The notes beneath the pieces were generated by a model. It did no database searches and had not been told where the DNA came from. It saw only the letters and a list, made by a program, of their open reading frames with translations. Position numbers and translations under genes: made by a program. From positions 1 through 26,973 of the forward strand of contig CAYJSX010000002.1 of assembly GCA_964372575.1 (NCBI GenBank): a DNA stretch of 26,973 nucleotides, written 5' to 3'. Shown one piece after another: positions 13,722 to 22,856 of this stretch. The DNA is from an uncultured Planctomycetia bacterium. Its GTDB lineage: Bacteria > Omnitrophota > Gorgyraeia > 1-14-0-20-64-10. Each line of letters starts with the position of its first letter. Positions within the stretch are counted from its first letter, which is position 1.

Positions 13722-14931
13722 CCGGATCGTAGAAGCGAAGCTCCAGGAACACCTCTCGAAAGGCCGCCAGGTCCAGAAAGGAAATGCCCAGCACGGCTAG
13801 AGCCATCGCCAGCCCTGCCCGCCGGCTCTGTGGCGGGCCTGCCCTTTTGGATCCCGTCCCATCCCCTACCAGCTTCTGTAAGAAAAGCACTGCCCCCAAC
13901 CGCACCGGCGCCTCGATCAAAAGCAGGTGCCGAATGTTCCTGGCCGGAAGAAACGAGGTGAAGGCCACAAAGAGGAGTGGAAGGAGGGCCAAAATCCAAA
14001 CCTGAAAGTCGCGCTCCCTCCCAGCCGCTAAGTGCGCTACCCAGCCTATATAGAGGAAGGCGACCCACGGCGAAAAGAGGATCAGGTCCACCAGGTACAA
14101 AAACCAGGGCCCCTGGTCAAACTGTTGTCCGTAGCGGCTGAATCGGGCCGAGGCGGCGAAAAGCTGCTCCACCTTCCAGGCCGTGGCAGGGCTGCCGGCG
14201 GCCCAAGCGGTTAAGGCAAACGCCAAAAGAAGCGGAATGACCGAAACCGCCAGCACAGGCAGGAGGGTTAATTCCCTCTCCTTGCGCAGGGACTGCCAGA
14301 GGAGATAGGAGAGGGAGACCGGGATCAGCAGCAGGGCCGATTCCTTGGTGAGAAAGGCGGCGGTGTAAAGGAGGGACAAGATCCACCAGCGTCTGGAAGT
14401 TCCACCGCTGGAAAGATTCCTAAAGAGCATCCAGAAGGAGGCGATGAAAAAGAACGCCGTCAGGGAATCGGAGAGGGCCCGCCTCGCCATGCCTAAGCCC
14501 AGGGGGGAAACAGCCAAAAGCAGGGTCGTCCAAAGGGCCGCCTTCTCGCCAAAGGAGCGGTTCACACCGACAAAGATGAGGCAGAGCAAACCGAGGAAGG
14601 CAGCCAGCGACAGCTCGGACAGACTCCGGTAGACAGCCCCTCTTAATTTCAAAGCCGCCGAGCCCAAGAGGATGGTCGTCAATCGGTTGGGCGGGGGGTA
14701 ATACTGGCTGCTGGAGCTGTCTTCAAGATAGTCCCTAAAAAGGGCAGGAAATTCCCCCAACCCCCCCTGGGCAATCCGTGTGGCGTAGCGCAGGTAATAT
14801 CCTTCATCCGCGGTGGCCTCATACTGAACCTGCTTGAAGGTCGAGCCGACCAATGAGCCAGCAAACAGGAGGATAACGGCCAGGCCAGCCCAACGCACAG
14901 CCCCTGGGCTTAAGGCAGGGGGGAGGTTCAC
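13678..14931 (-). CDS. GT-C fold glycosyltransferase (ArnT/PMT-like)
   Basis: N-terminal TM helix then ADEGYY acidic motif; multiple TM helices; LSDSL and AFLTKESALLL segments. Confidence 0.7.
   Translation of the reverse strand: MNLPPALSPGAVRWAGLAVILLFAGSLVGSTFKQVQYEATADEGYYLRYATRIAQGGLGEFPALFRDYLEDSSSSQYYPPPNRLTTILLGSAALKLRGAVYRSLSELSLAAFLGLLCLIFVGVNRSFGEKAALWTTLLLAVSPLGLGMARRALSDSLTAFFFIASFWMLFRNLSSGGTSRRWWILSLLYTAAFLTKESALLLIPVSLSYLLWQSLRKERELTLLPVLAVSVIPLLLAFALTAWAAGSPATAWKVEQLFAASARFSRYGQQFDQGPWFLYLVDLILFSPWVAFLYIGWVAHLAAGRERDFQVWILALLPLLFVAFTSFLPARNIRHLLLIEAPVRLGAVLFLQKLVGDGTGSKRAGPPQSRRAGLAMALAVLGISFLDLAAFREVFLELRFYDPVSFWLLYWRGFLPR
13814..13844. repeat. 24-bp hairpin unit bounded by a CCTGCCC direct repeat, in frame
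   Basis: GCCCGCC-ggctctgt-GGCGGGC at 13817-13838; CCTGCCC at 13814-13820 and 13838-13844. Confidence 0.55.
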
Positions 14932-15362
14932 GCGAGGAAGCGCAGCCCCAGCCTCAGCAAGGCCTGGGTCGCGACAGCGGCCGCCAGATCATCCAAGACA
15001 ATCCCCAGGCTTCCTGGAAGGCGCTCAAGCTGCCGGATGGGTGGAGGTTTGACCACGTCAAAAAACCGAAAGAGGAGGAGGGCCGCGAGGTAGATGGGAA
15101 CGGTCACAGGAAGGAGGGCCGCCGCCATCATCATGCCGGCGACCTCATCAATCACTACGGCAGAAGGGTCGCTCTTTCCCAGGGCGCGGGCCGTCGGGCC
15201 TGCCGACCAGAGGGCCAGCGCGATCGCAACAACGCATCCCGTCGCCTGGACCAAGGGATTGACACTCAAAATCCAGCAGACTACAAGCCCTGCCAAAGAA
15301 CCGGCTGTACCTGGGGCAAACGGCAGGTAGCCAAGGCCCCCGACCGTGGCGATGGTGCGCAT
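14928..15362 (-). CDS. pgpA: Phosphatidylglycerophosphatase A
   Basis: IATVGGLGYLPFAPGTAGSL, DPSAVVIDEVAG, LFRFFDVVKP, GIVLDDL. ATG 15362 chosen just after the pgsA stop. Confidence 0.92.
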   Translation of the reverse strand: MRTIATVGGLGYLPFAPGTAGSLAGLVVCWILSVNPLVQATGCVVAIALALWSAGPTARALGKSDPSAVVIDEVAGMMMAAALLPVTVPIYLAALLLFRFFDVVKPPPIRQLERLPGSLGIVLDDLAAAVATQALLRLGLRFLA

Positions 15363-15370
15363 GACTTTGG

Positions 15371-15940
15371 CTAGAGACTCAGGATGATCCGGCGGTGCTT
15401 CCACAAGAAGGAGATGCCGCTCGTGAGTGTGAGGATCACGGTAACCAAGAGAAGCCACCAGATCGCCAAGGCCCCCCCGTTTACCCAACCGGCCCCCTCG
15501 TTTCCGAACGCCTCACGGGCGGCCAGATAGAGGAGGGTGATGGAGATCGCCACCATCTGGGAGGCGGTCTTGTGCTTGCCGGCCGCTTCGGCGGGCAGAA
15601 CCTGCCCTTTTCCTAGAGCAAAGAGCCTTAAACCGGTCACCAAGAACTCCCGGGTCCCGATCAGGACTACCATCCAGGCCGGGGCCACCGACAGCGCCAC
15701 GAAGGAAACAAAGGCCGACAAAACCAGGATCTTATCGGCGATCGGGTCCATCAGGACCCCAAAATCAGACACCTCTCTCCTGGCCCGGGCCAGCCTGCCG
15801 TCCCAGAGATCGGTGAGGGCAGCCAGCGCGAAAACAAAGAGGGCCGCGATCTTCGCGGCCAATCCAGGCGCCCACAGCAGGGCGATGAGCAGGAAGCTTA
15901 GGGCAATTCTAAGGAGGGTGAGCCTATTCGGAAGAGTCAC
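15371..15940 (-). CDS. pgsA: CDP-diacylglycerol--glycerol-3-phosphate 3-phosphatidyltransferase
   Basis: MTLPNRLTLLR, TDLWDGRLAR...SDFGVLMDPIADK, GKHKT. Confidence 0.95.
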   Translation of the reverse strand: MTLPNRLTLLRIALSFLLIALLWAPGLAAKIAALFVFALAALTDLWDGRLARARREVSDFGVLMDPIADKILVLSAFVSFVALSVAPAWMVVLIGTREFLVTGLRLFALGKGQVLPAEAAGKHKTASQMVAISITLLYLAAREAFGNEGAGWVNGGALAIWWLLLVTVILTLTSGISFLWKHRRIILSL

Positions 15941-17337
15941 CGATAGGCGGCCTGCGCTGGAGCAACCGTCTCAGCGACCAGATCGTACTCGTACGTGTCC
16001 ACCACCTTGGCCTTGACGAGTTCTCCGGGCGAAAGGTCTCTGGCGGATTCGAGATGGACCTGGCCGTCCACCTCTGGGGCGTCGGCGTAGGTCCGGCCCA
16101 AATAAAGACGGTCAGGGGTAAAGGGTGAAGGGTGAGGGGGAGAATCTTCACATTCCTCCTCGATCAGCACCTCCACCTCACGGCCCAGCCACCGTTGGTT
16201 GATCTCGGTGGAGATCTCCTGTTGGAGCCGCATGAGGCGGTGAAAACGCTCCTCTTTGACCTTCTCCGGGACCTGGCCGGCCATCCGTTCGGCCGGGGTC
16301 TTGGGCTCAGGCGAGTAAGGGAAAATCCCTAAGCGTTCAAACCGACTCTCTTTGATGAATTGAGCCAGCTCCTTCAGGTGGGCCTCGGTCTCGCCTGGAA
16401 AGCCCACGATGAAGGTGGTTCGGATCGCCACCTCGGGGATCTCGGAGCGCAGCCGCTCCATGAGTCCTCGGATGTGGCGGCCGTCGGTTTCCCTGCGCAT
16501 GGCCGAAAGAAGATCGTCCGAGATGTGCTGAAGCGGAATGTCCAGGTATTTGACCACGTTGGGCAGATCCCGAATCGCCTGGATCAGCTCATCGGTCACG
16601 TGGGCAGGATGGGCATACAGGATCCGAATCCAGCGGATCCCCTCCACCCCAGAAAGGGCGTACAAGAGTCTAGGAAGCTGCGGCCTGCCGTAAAGGTCGG
16701 CCCCGTAGTAGGAGGTGTCCTGCCCGACGAGGTTGAGCTCCACCACGCCCTGGCCAGCAAGCTGCCTGGCATCCTCCAGAAGATCCTCCACGGTTCGGGA
16801 GCGATGGGCCCCGCGGAACTGGGGGATGGAGCAGAAGCTGCAGGCGTGGTCGCAGCCCTCGGAGATCTTGAGATACGCGAAGTGGCTGGGCGTCATCCGG
16901 AACCGGGGATCTTTGGATTCAAACAGAAGGGTCGGAACCGGCGAGGCAACGAAAAATCGCTCCGAAGGGGTGCCAGGATAAATCCTGGCACCCAAAAGTT
17001 CGGGAAGTTTGCGCAGGTCGCCAGGCCCTAAGAAGCCGTCCACCTCTGGCAGGAGCCGCAGGAGATCTTCCCTTTCGCCCCGGCGCTTCTGGGGCAGACA
17101 GCCAGCCACGTAGAGCTTCTTGAGTTTTCCGGAGCGCTTCAAATCGGCCACCTGAAGGATCGTTCCGATCGACTCCTCCTCCGCCTCCCGAATGAAGGCG
17201 CAGGTGTTCACCACCACACAGTCGGCCTGGTTGATCTCTTCGGTGAAGCGGTGGCCCGCAGAAATCAAAAGGCCGGCCAGGTGCTCTGAATCGACCAGGG
17301 TCCTGGCACACCCCAAACTCAAGACATATATTCGCAT
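15937..17337 (-). CDS. rimO: Ribosomal protein uS12 methylthiotransferase RimO
   Basis: LGCA..LVDSE, VNTCAFI, AYLKISEGCDHACSFCSIP, RTTFIVGFPGET, APEVDG TRAM domain. Confidence 0.95.
   Translation of the reverse strand: MRIYVLSLGCARTLVDSEHLAGLLISAGHRFTEEINQADCVVVNTCAFIREAEEESIGTILQVADLKRSGKLKKLYVAGCLPQKRRGEREDLLRLLPEVDGFLGPGDLRKLPELLGARIYPGTPSERFFVASPVPTLLFESKDPRFRMTPSHFAYLKISEGCDHACSFCSIPQFRGAHRSRTVEDLLEDARQLAGQGVVELNLVGQDTSYYGADLYGRPQLPRLLYALSGVEGIRWIRILYAHPAHVTDELIQAIRDLPNVVKYLDIPLQHISDDLLSAMRRETDGRHIRGLMERLRSEIPEVAIRTTFIVGFPGETEAHLKELAQFIKESRFERLGIFPYSPEPKTPAERMAGQVPEKVKEERFHRLMRLQQEISTEINQRWLGREVEVLIEEECEDSPPHPSPFTPDRLYLGRTYADAPEVDGQVHLESARDLSPGELVKAKVVDTYEYDLVAETVAPAQAAYR
16111..16138. 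repeat. 7-bp tandem array (4 units) in frame in rimO
   Basis: GTCAGGG GTAAAGG GTGAAGG GTGAGGG; encodes PHPSPFTPD. Confidence 0.7.
16964..16994. repeat. GGTGCCAGG-ataaat-CCTGGCACC palindrome in frame in rimO
   Basis: 31-bp identity to 10660-10690; encodes LGARIYPGTPS. Confidence 0.9.
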
Positions 17338-17344
17338 TTTCTTT

Positions 17345-17383
17345 AGCTTAAAGCTTACCGCTTACAGCTTATGGCTTACGGCT
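17345..17383. repeat. 7-bp tandem array filling the rodZ-rimO gap
   Basis: AGCTTAA AGCTTAC CGCTTAC AGCTTAT GGCTTAC GGCT; contains the rodZ TAA. Confidence 0.85.
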
Positions 17384-18110
17384 GCCCTTTTATCCCTTCG
17401 CGGGTCACCCTGATCCCCTTCTTGACCCCGGTACCCGGAGAGCCCAGCGAATGGCCGTTTAAGATAAGCTCTGTCGCGCCGGCGTTGCCGGTCCAAAGCT
17501 CCAGATCCTCCTGGGCCGTCCAGCTTTCACGGGATCCTTTGGTTAATACGTTCTGAAAAATCACCGCGCCGTCGGACTTGACCTGCATCCAAACATTCTC
17601 GCGGGCGAGGATGGTGAGCTTGAGCGGCTGGCCGCGCGGCACGAGGAGCTTTGGCTCAGAGGTTTTTGAAGCCCCCTTCATACCTTCACTCCTGGAAGTG
17701 GAGAGGCCTTTATCCTTAAGGGTGCCGTAAAGATCAAAGGCCAGATACCCCAGGAAGGCCAGCCCAATTCCAGCGGTCACCAAGGCAGCCGTTGGGAAAA
17801 GGTACCGCTGGAAGGACTCCCGCCTCTGGCTCTCCTGGGCTTCGGTCTTAAGGGCAATGGGCCGCTGCGGCAGCGGGCCCCGGTGGGCCAGATATTCTTC
17901 CACCAAGGCCGCGCCGTCGAGACCTAAGAAGCTCGCGTATTTCCTGAGGAAGATCTTCGCGTAGGCCGGATCCAGAAGCTCGTCAATTCGATTGGACTCG
18001 ATCCCCTCCAAGAGGTTGAGCTGCACCTTGGTGACCCTGTGGGTCTGCTCCAGGGTGAGCCCCTTGGCTTCACGCGCGGACTTGAGACGTTCCCCGATCG
18101 ATAAACTCAC
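17376..18110 (-). CDS. rodZ: RodZ-like cytoskeletal protein (HTH, one TM helix, DUF4115-like domain)
   Basis: IGERLKSAREAKGLTLE..YAKIFLRKYASFLGLD; TM helix; VWMQVKSDG..GNAGATELILNG. Confidence 0.8.
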   Translation of the reverse strand: MSLSIGERLKSAREAKGLTLEQTHRVTKVQLNLLEGIESNRIDELLDPAYAKIFLRKYASFLGLDGAALVEEYLAHRGPLPQRPIALKTEAQESQRRESFQRYLFPTAALVTAGIGLAFLGYLAFDLYGTLKDKGLSTSRSEGMKGASKTSEPKLLVPRGQPLKLTILARENVWMQVKSDGAVIFQNVLTKGSRESWTAQEDLELWTGNAGATELILNGHSLGSPGTGVKKGIRVTREGIKGQP

Positions 18111-20418
18111 TTGGAACTTCCTTGAGATAGACCTCGCGCGGCTTGGCCCCGCGGATCGGGCCCACGATTCCTTCCTCCTCCATCTGATCCAGGATCCGGG
18201 CGGCCCGGCCGTAGCCCAGCCGCATCCGGCGCTGCAGCAGCGAGACAGAGGCCTGGCCGGTCTCCACCACCACCCGGATGGCCTCTGGGTAAAGGGGGTC
18301 TTGGATCATCTCGCGGCCTTCAGGTCCCCTGGCGCTCTCAAATCTATCCTCCATCAGGGAGGCCTCATAGTCAGGGGCCTGCTGCTCCTTCCAGAAGGAG
18401 GTCACCCGATTGATCTCGCTGTCGGTGACCAGGGTCCCCTGCGCCCGGATCAGCTTGGAGGTGCCCGGCTGCATGAAGAGGAGGTCCCCTTTGCCCAGGA
18501 GCTTCTCCGCCCCGGAGGCATCCAGCACGGTTCTGGAATCAACCTTCGAGGCCACCTGAAAAGAGATCCGGGCCGGGAAGTTCGCCTTGACCACACCCGT
18601 CAGCACATCCACCGAGGGCCGCTGGGTGGCCAGCACCATGTGGATCCCCACCGACCGGGAAAGGTGCGCCAGCCGGGCAATGGCGTTTTCCATCTCGCTC
18701 TGCACCACGAGCATCAGGTCGGCCAGCTCGTCGATGATCACCACCAGGTACGGAAGACTCTCAGGGACTTCCTCCGCCGGAAGCTCCCCGGCTGCCTGCT
18801 TCTCGTGGTAGGCCTCGATGTTGCGCAGCCCCAGGCGGGCGAAGAGGCGATAGCGCGTCTCCATCTCCTGAACCACCCACTGCAGGGCCACTGGAACCTT
18901 CTTGGCCTGTGTGAGAACCGGCATCAGCAGGTGCGGCAGGCCGTTAAAGATCGCCAGCTCCACCATCTTGGGATCCACCATGAGGAAGCGGACCTTATCC
19001 GGTGTGGAGGTAAAGAGGATCGAGGTGATCAGGGCGTTCACACAGACCGTCTTGCCGGAGCCGGTCGTGCCGGCAATCAGGAGGTGGGGCATGTCCACCA
19101 GATCGGCCACCAGGGGATAGCCGGCGGTATCCTTGCCGATGGCGATCTTGAGCTTGGTGTCGGCCTCCTGAAACTCTTTGGACTCCAGCACCTCCCGCAG
19201 CGTGACGTTGGAGGTGGAAGGGTTGGGAACCTCCAGCCCCACCCGGGCCTTGCCCGGAATGGGGGCGATGATCCGAACCGATGGGGCCTTGAGAACGAGG
19301 GCCAGGTCGTCGCTCAACGTGGTGATCTTTTGAATCTTGACGCCAGGGGCCGGCTCCAACTCGTAGCGGGTGATGACCGGCCCGGTTTCCACCTCCGCGA
19401 CCTTGGCCTCAATCCCAAAGTCCCGAAGGGAATCCTCCAGGATCTTGGCGTTCCTCTCAAAGAATTCCTTTGACTCGACCCTCCCGGAGTCGGCAGAGGG
19501 CCGGTCGAGCAGGTCCAGCGGCGGCAGTTTAAACGACACCCGTTCGGCCTCTGGGCCGGCGGCGAGTCTGGCCGCTGGGACAGCGGCGCTTCGAATCACA
19601 GGTTCGCGGCGCGGCGGGGTCTGCGCCGCCGCTAATCGCTCTTCTTTCTCCTCCTTCTCCAGCACCGCTGCCTGGGGTGCGTGCTCCGCCGCTATCCTGG
19701 CAGGTTTGTCGGATTGGGCGCGGGAAGGGGAGGGCTTAGAGACATGGATGACCGGGCGGCTGCGGCGCAGCACGGGGGGCTTGAACCAGGGAGCGCCAGG
19801 AAGCTCTTTGGCCCAGGCCGCCAATTGGGAAGCCCCCTTTCCAGTCCAAGCCAGGCCGGTACGGAGGAAGCGGCCCGTCTGGGTGAAGAGGGGCAAGGCC
19901 GCCATCTCGGTCACCAGGAGAAAGGTCAAGAGAGTGACGGCAAGCAGGGCCACATAGGCCCCCCATCGGCCCAGGTAATGGACCGTGAAATCTCCGGTCA
20001 CGAGCCCCAGGGTGCCGCCCCGCCAAACGCGCGCCTCAGGCGCCTGGGAGAAGAGGAGGGACAAAAAGCCGCTTACCCCAAGACAAAACAGACCCAGGCC
20101 CACCCACTTGACCAGGGGACGAGGGTTGGGCTTGCCGGAGAAGCGGGCAACGGACCAGAGGATACCCAGGAAGGCCACCAGATAGCTCGTCAAGCCGATG
20201 GCCGAGCGGAAGATCCCTGCCACTGCGGCACCGGCCACCCCGCAGAGGTTGTTGACCGGCACGGAGGGGCGTGAGGTGAAGAAGCTTAAGTCCGAGGGGG
20301 TGTAAGAGATGAGACTCATGAAAAGGAGAAGGGAGCAAGCGGTGAAGAGAATCCCCCACAACTCGTTTCGCCGCTCAGGACTTAATGAGAAACGGGTTGG
20401 CTTTGCGCTTCGCGCCAT
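18070..20418 (-). CDS. ftsK: DNA translocase FtsK/SpoIIIE
   Basis: N-terminal TM segments; MPHLLIAGTTGSGKT, RFLMVDPKMVEL, IIDELADLM, HMVLATQRPSVDV; gamma domain SLLQRRMRLGYGRAARILDQME. Confidence 0.97.
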   Translation of the reverse strand: MARSAKPTRFSLSPERRNELWGILFTACSLLLFMSLISYTPSDLSFFTSRPSVPVNNLCGVAGAAVAGIFRSAIGLTSYLVAFLGILWSVARFSGKPNPRPLVKWVGLGLFCLGVSGFLSLLFSQAPEARVWRGGTLGLVTGDFTVHYLGRWGAYVALLAVTLLTFLLVTEMAALPLFTQTGRFLRTGLAWTGKGASQLAAWAKELPGAPWFKPPVLRRSRPVIHVSKPSPSRAQSDKPARIAAEHAPQAAVLEKEEKEERLAAAQTPPRREPVIRSAAVPAARLAAGPEAERVSFKLPPLDLLDRPSADSGRVESKEFFERNAKILEDSLRDFGIEAKVAEVETGPVITRYELEPAPGVKIQKITTLSDDLALVLKAPSVRIIAPIPGKARVGLEVPNPSTSNVTLREVLESKEFQEADTKLKIAIGKDTAGYPLVADLVDMPHLLIAGTTGSGKTVCVNALITSILFTSTPDKVRFLMVDPKMVELAIFNGLPHLLMPVLTQAKKVPVALQWVVQEMETRYRLFARLGLRNIEAYHEKQAAGELPAEEVPESLPYLVVIIDELADLMLVVQSEMENAIARLAHLSRSVGIHMVLATQRPSVDVLTGVVKANFPARISFQVASKVDSRTVLDASGAEKLLGKGDLLFMQPGTSKLIRAQGTLVTDSEINRVTSFWKEQQAPDYEASLMEDRFESARGPEGREMIQDPLYPEAIRVVVETGQASVSLLQRRMRLGYGRAARILDQMEEEGIVGPIRGAKPREVYLKEVPSEFIDRGTSQVRA

Positions 20419-20422
20419 CCTC

Positions 20423-22798
20423 TTAAGCGGGACGCTCCCACTGGCGTTCCCGGAATCCGCTGCGGCCGCTGGCCGAAGGGGATCGGCGAGGCGGGCCTGC
20501 CCGCCCTGCGCCTCCCAGGGCAGGCGGGCGGCGAGATTCCCCTCCAGGGTAGTGGCGCTCTCGCGGCCACCGGCCAGGGTCTGCGCCGCCAGTATGACGC
20601 CGGGGGTAATCGTCTCCTGCGCGGGGCGGCCGCTCCGGGCCTCTGCGTGGAGGCACCGGAGGTGTGCCCGGCGGCAAGAGGGCCTGCTTGTGGCTTAAGT
20701 TGATTCGGCCCATCGAGTCGATCTCCACCACCTTGACGGCCAAGGTGTCTCCCAACTTGACCACATCCTCCACCTTGGGTACAAACTGATCGGAGAGCTC
20801 TGAAACGTGGCAGAGCCCCTCTTTGCCGGGCGAGATCTCGCAGAAGGCGCCGAAGTTGGTGATCCTTTTCACCACCCCCTGGTAGACCTTCCCGATCTCG
20901 GCCTCCGCGGTCAACCCCTTGATCATGCCGACGGCCTTCTCCGAGGCATGCCGATCGGCCGAGGCCACGAGGACGGTTCCATCGTCCTCCACCTCAATGG
21001 TGGCCCCAGACTCCTTGGTGATCCTCCGGATCATCTTGCCGCCTGGGCCAATCAGCTCGCCGATCTTCTCCGGGTCAATCTTCAAGATGGTGATCCGCGG
21101 CGCGTAGGGAGAAAGCTCTGGCCGGGGGGCCGGAAGGGCGGCTCGGATCCGTTCCAAGACCTGCGCCCGGCCCGACTTCGACTGTTCAATCGCTTCTCTC
21201 AAGAGATCCACCTTCACCCCTGAAAGCTTCAGGTCGAGCTGCAGCGCGGTGATCCCCTTGGAGGTTCCGGTGATCTTGAAATCCATGTCGCCGAAGTGGT
21301 CTTCCATGCCGATGATGTCGGTCAGGATCGCGTAGCGATCCCCCTCCTTCACCAGGCCCATCGCGATTCCAACCACCGGCTCCTTGATGGGGACGCCGGC
21401 ATCCATCAAGGCCAGGGTACCGCCGCAAACCGTGGCCATCGAAGAGGAGCCGTTCGATTCCAAAATCTCGGAGACCACCCGAACGGTATAAGGAAAGGCC
21501 TCCTTGGAGGGCATCACCGCCTTCAGGGCCCGCTCGGCCAAGGCCCCGTGGCCGATCTCCCGCCGGCCAGGTCCCCGAACCGGACGGATCTCTCCCACCG
21601 AGAAGGGAGGAAAGCTGTAGTGCAGCATGAACGACTTGTACGTCTTTCCCGCAAGGGCGTCGATCATCTGCTCATCGGAAGAGGTGCCCAGCGTGGCGGC
21701 GGCCAGAGACTGCGTTTGGCCGCGGGTAAAGAGCCCGGAGCCGTGGGTTCTGGGCAGAATCCCCACGTCGCAGGTAATGGGGCGCACCGTCGTGAAATCC
21801 CGCCCATCGACGCGCCGGCGCTCTGTGAGGACCATCTCGCGCATCAGGCTTCGCTCCAGGGTCTCCAGCGCCTCCTCCACAGCCGCCTTGGTGATGGCCG
21901 GCTCGCCCGGCGCGGTCGCCGCCGCCTTAGGGGCCGCCGGAGAAAGCTCCTTCAAGATCTCCTCGGAGATCGCCCGCATCTCCTCGCCCCCCTGTTCCTT
22001 CTCCACCTGAGAGCGTATCAGCTCTTCCATCCTGTCCTTCGCCAGACGGCGGACCTCTTCCAGCAGTTTGGAATCCAAGGTGGCCTCAGGGAATTCCTGC
22101 CTTTGGAATCCGGCCTTGGCCAAGAGCTCTTCCTGAAGGCGAATCGAGGCCTGACCCTCCTGCTGGCCGAAGCGCATCGCCTCCACGACCACCTCTTCTG
22201 GAACCTCCTTGGCGATGGCTTCCACCATCACGATCCCTTCGGGGTTGGAAACCACCACGAGGTCCAAGTCTCCCTGTTCCAGCTCAGCATAGGTAGGGTT
22301 GAGCACGAAGGTGCCGTTTACCCAGCCCACCCGAGCCGCCCCCAGTCGGGGGGCGACCGGAGCCCCGGCCAGCCCCAGGGCGGTGGAGGCCCCCAGGATC
22401 GCCAGGATGTCGGGGTCGTTGGCCCCATCGTGAGAGAGAACCAGGGCCATCACCTGTACCTCGTTCCTGAAGCCCTTGGGAAAGAGGGGCCGAATCGGCC
22501 GGTCCACCAGGCGCGCGGTGAGGATCTCCTTCTCGGAGGGGCGCCCTTCCCTCTTGAAGAAGCCGCCCGGGATCTTGCCGGCGGCGTAGGTCTTCTCTTG
22601 ATACTCGACGGTAAGCGGCAGAAAGTTCTTCTCCGGCTTGGGCTCCTTGGCGATCACCACAGAAACCAGGACCACCGTACCGCCGTACTGAACCATGCAG
22701 GCCCCATCGGCCTGCTTGGCCAAGCGGCCAGTTTCTAAAACAAGTTCTTCCTTGCCGTAGGCGCACGAAACGCGCCGCACGTTCTCTTGAACGCTCAC
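20423..22798 (-). CDS. pnp: Polyribonucleotide nucleotidyltransferase
   Basis: ETGRLAKQADG, FFKREGRPSEKEILTARLVDRPIRPLF, RTHGSGLFTRGQTQ, GDMDFK, KH and S1 domains. Confidence 0.98.
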   Translation of the reverse strand: MSVQENVRRVSCAYGKEELVLETGRLAKQADGACMVQYGGTVVLVSVVIAKEPKPEKNFLPLTVEYQEKTYAAGKIPGGFFKREGRPSEKEILTARLVDRPIRPLFPKGFRNEVQVMALVLSHDGANDPDILAILGASTALGLAGAPVAPRLGAARVGWVNGTFVLNPTYAELEQGDLDLVVVSNPEGIVMVEAIAKEVPEEVVVEAMRFGQQEGQASIRLQEELLAKAGFQRQEFPEATLDSKLLEEVRRLAKDRMEELIRSQVEKEQGGEEMRAISEEILKELSPAAPKAAATAPGEPAITKAAVEEALETLERSLMREMVLTERRRVDGRDFTTVRPITCDVGILPRTHGSGLFTRGQTQSLAAATLGTSSDEQMIDALAGKTYKSFMLHYSFPPFSVGEIRPVRGPGRREIGHGALAERALKAVMPSKEAFPYTVRVVSEILESNGSSSMATVCGGTLALMDAGVPIKEPVVGIAMGLVKEGDRYAILTDIIGMEDHFGDMDFKITGTSKGITALQLDLKLSGVKVDLLREAIEQSKSGRAQVLERIRAALPAPRPELSPYAPRITILKIDPEKIGELIGPGGKMIRRITKESGATIEVEDDGTVLVASADRHASEKAVGMIKGLTAEAEIGKVYQGVVKRITNFGAFCEISPGKEGLCHVSELSDQFVPKVEDVVKLGDTLAVKVVEIDSMGRINLSHKQALLPPGTPPVPPRRGPERPPRAGDDYPRRHTGGADPGRWPRERHYPGGESRRPPALGGAGRAGPPRRSPSASGRSGFRERQWERPA

Positions 22799-22827
22799 AA
22801 CTTGCCTCCTTCCAGATGGGTAGAGCC

Positions 22828-22856
22828 TTAAGGATTCTCGGGGAGTGGAATCTTAA
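22828..22856. promoter_or_regulatory. Hairpin in the rpsO-pnp intergenic region
   Basis: TTAAG(G)ATTC..GAATCTTAA stem with a one-base bulge, directly after the rpsO stop. Confidence 0.45.

Noticed and set aside
14928-15488. Track ORF suggesting a 42-aa N-terminal extension of PgpA overlapping pgsA
   Set aside because: ATG 15362 just after the pgsA stop gives a normal PgpA; the extension is the alternate frame of pgsA.
17296-17316. CCTGGCAC half-site and LGCARTL (Thr for the usual Asn) in rimO
   Set aside because: Only an 8-bp match within a conserved coding motif and no full palindrome; a single substitution is too weak to call.
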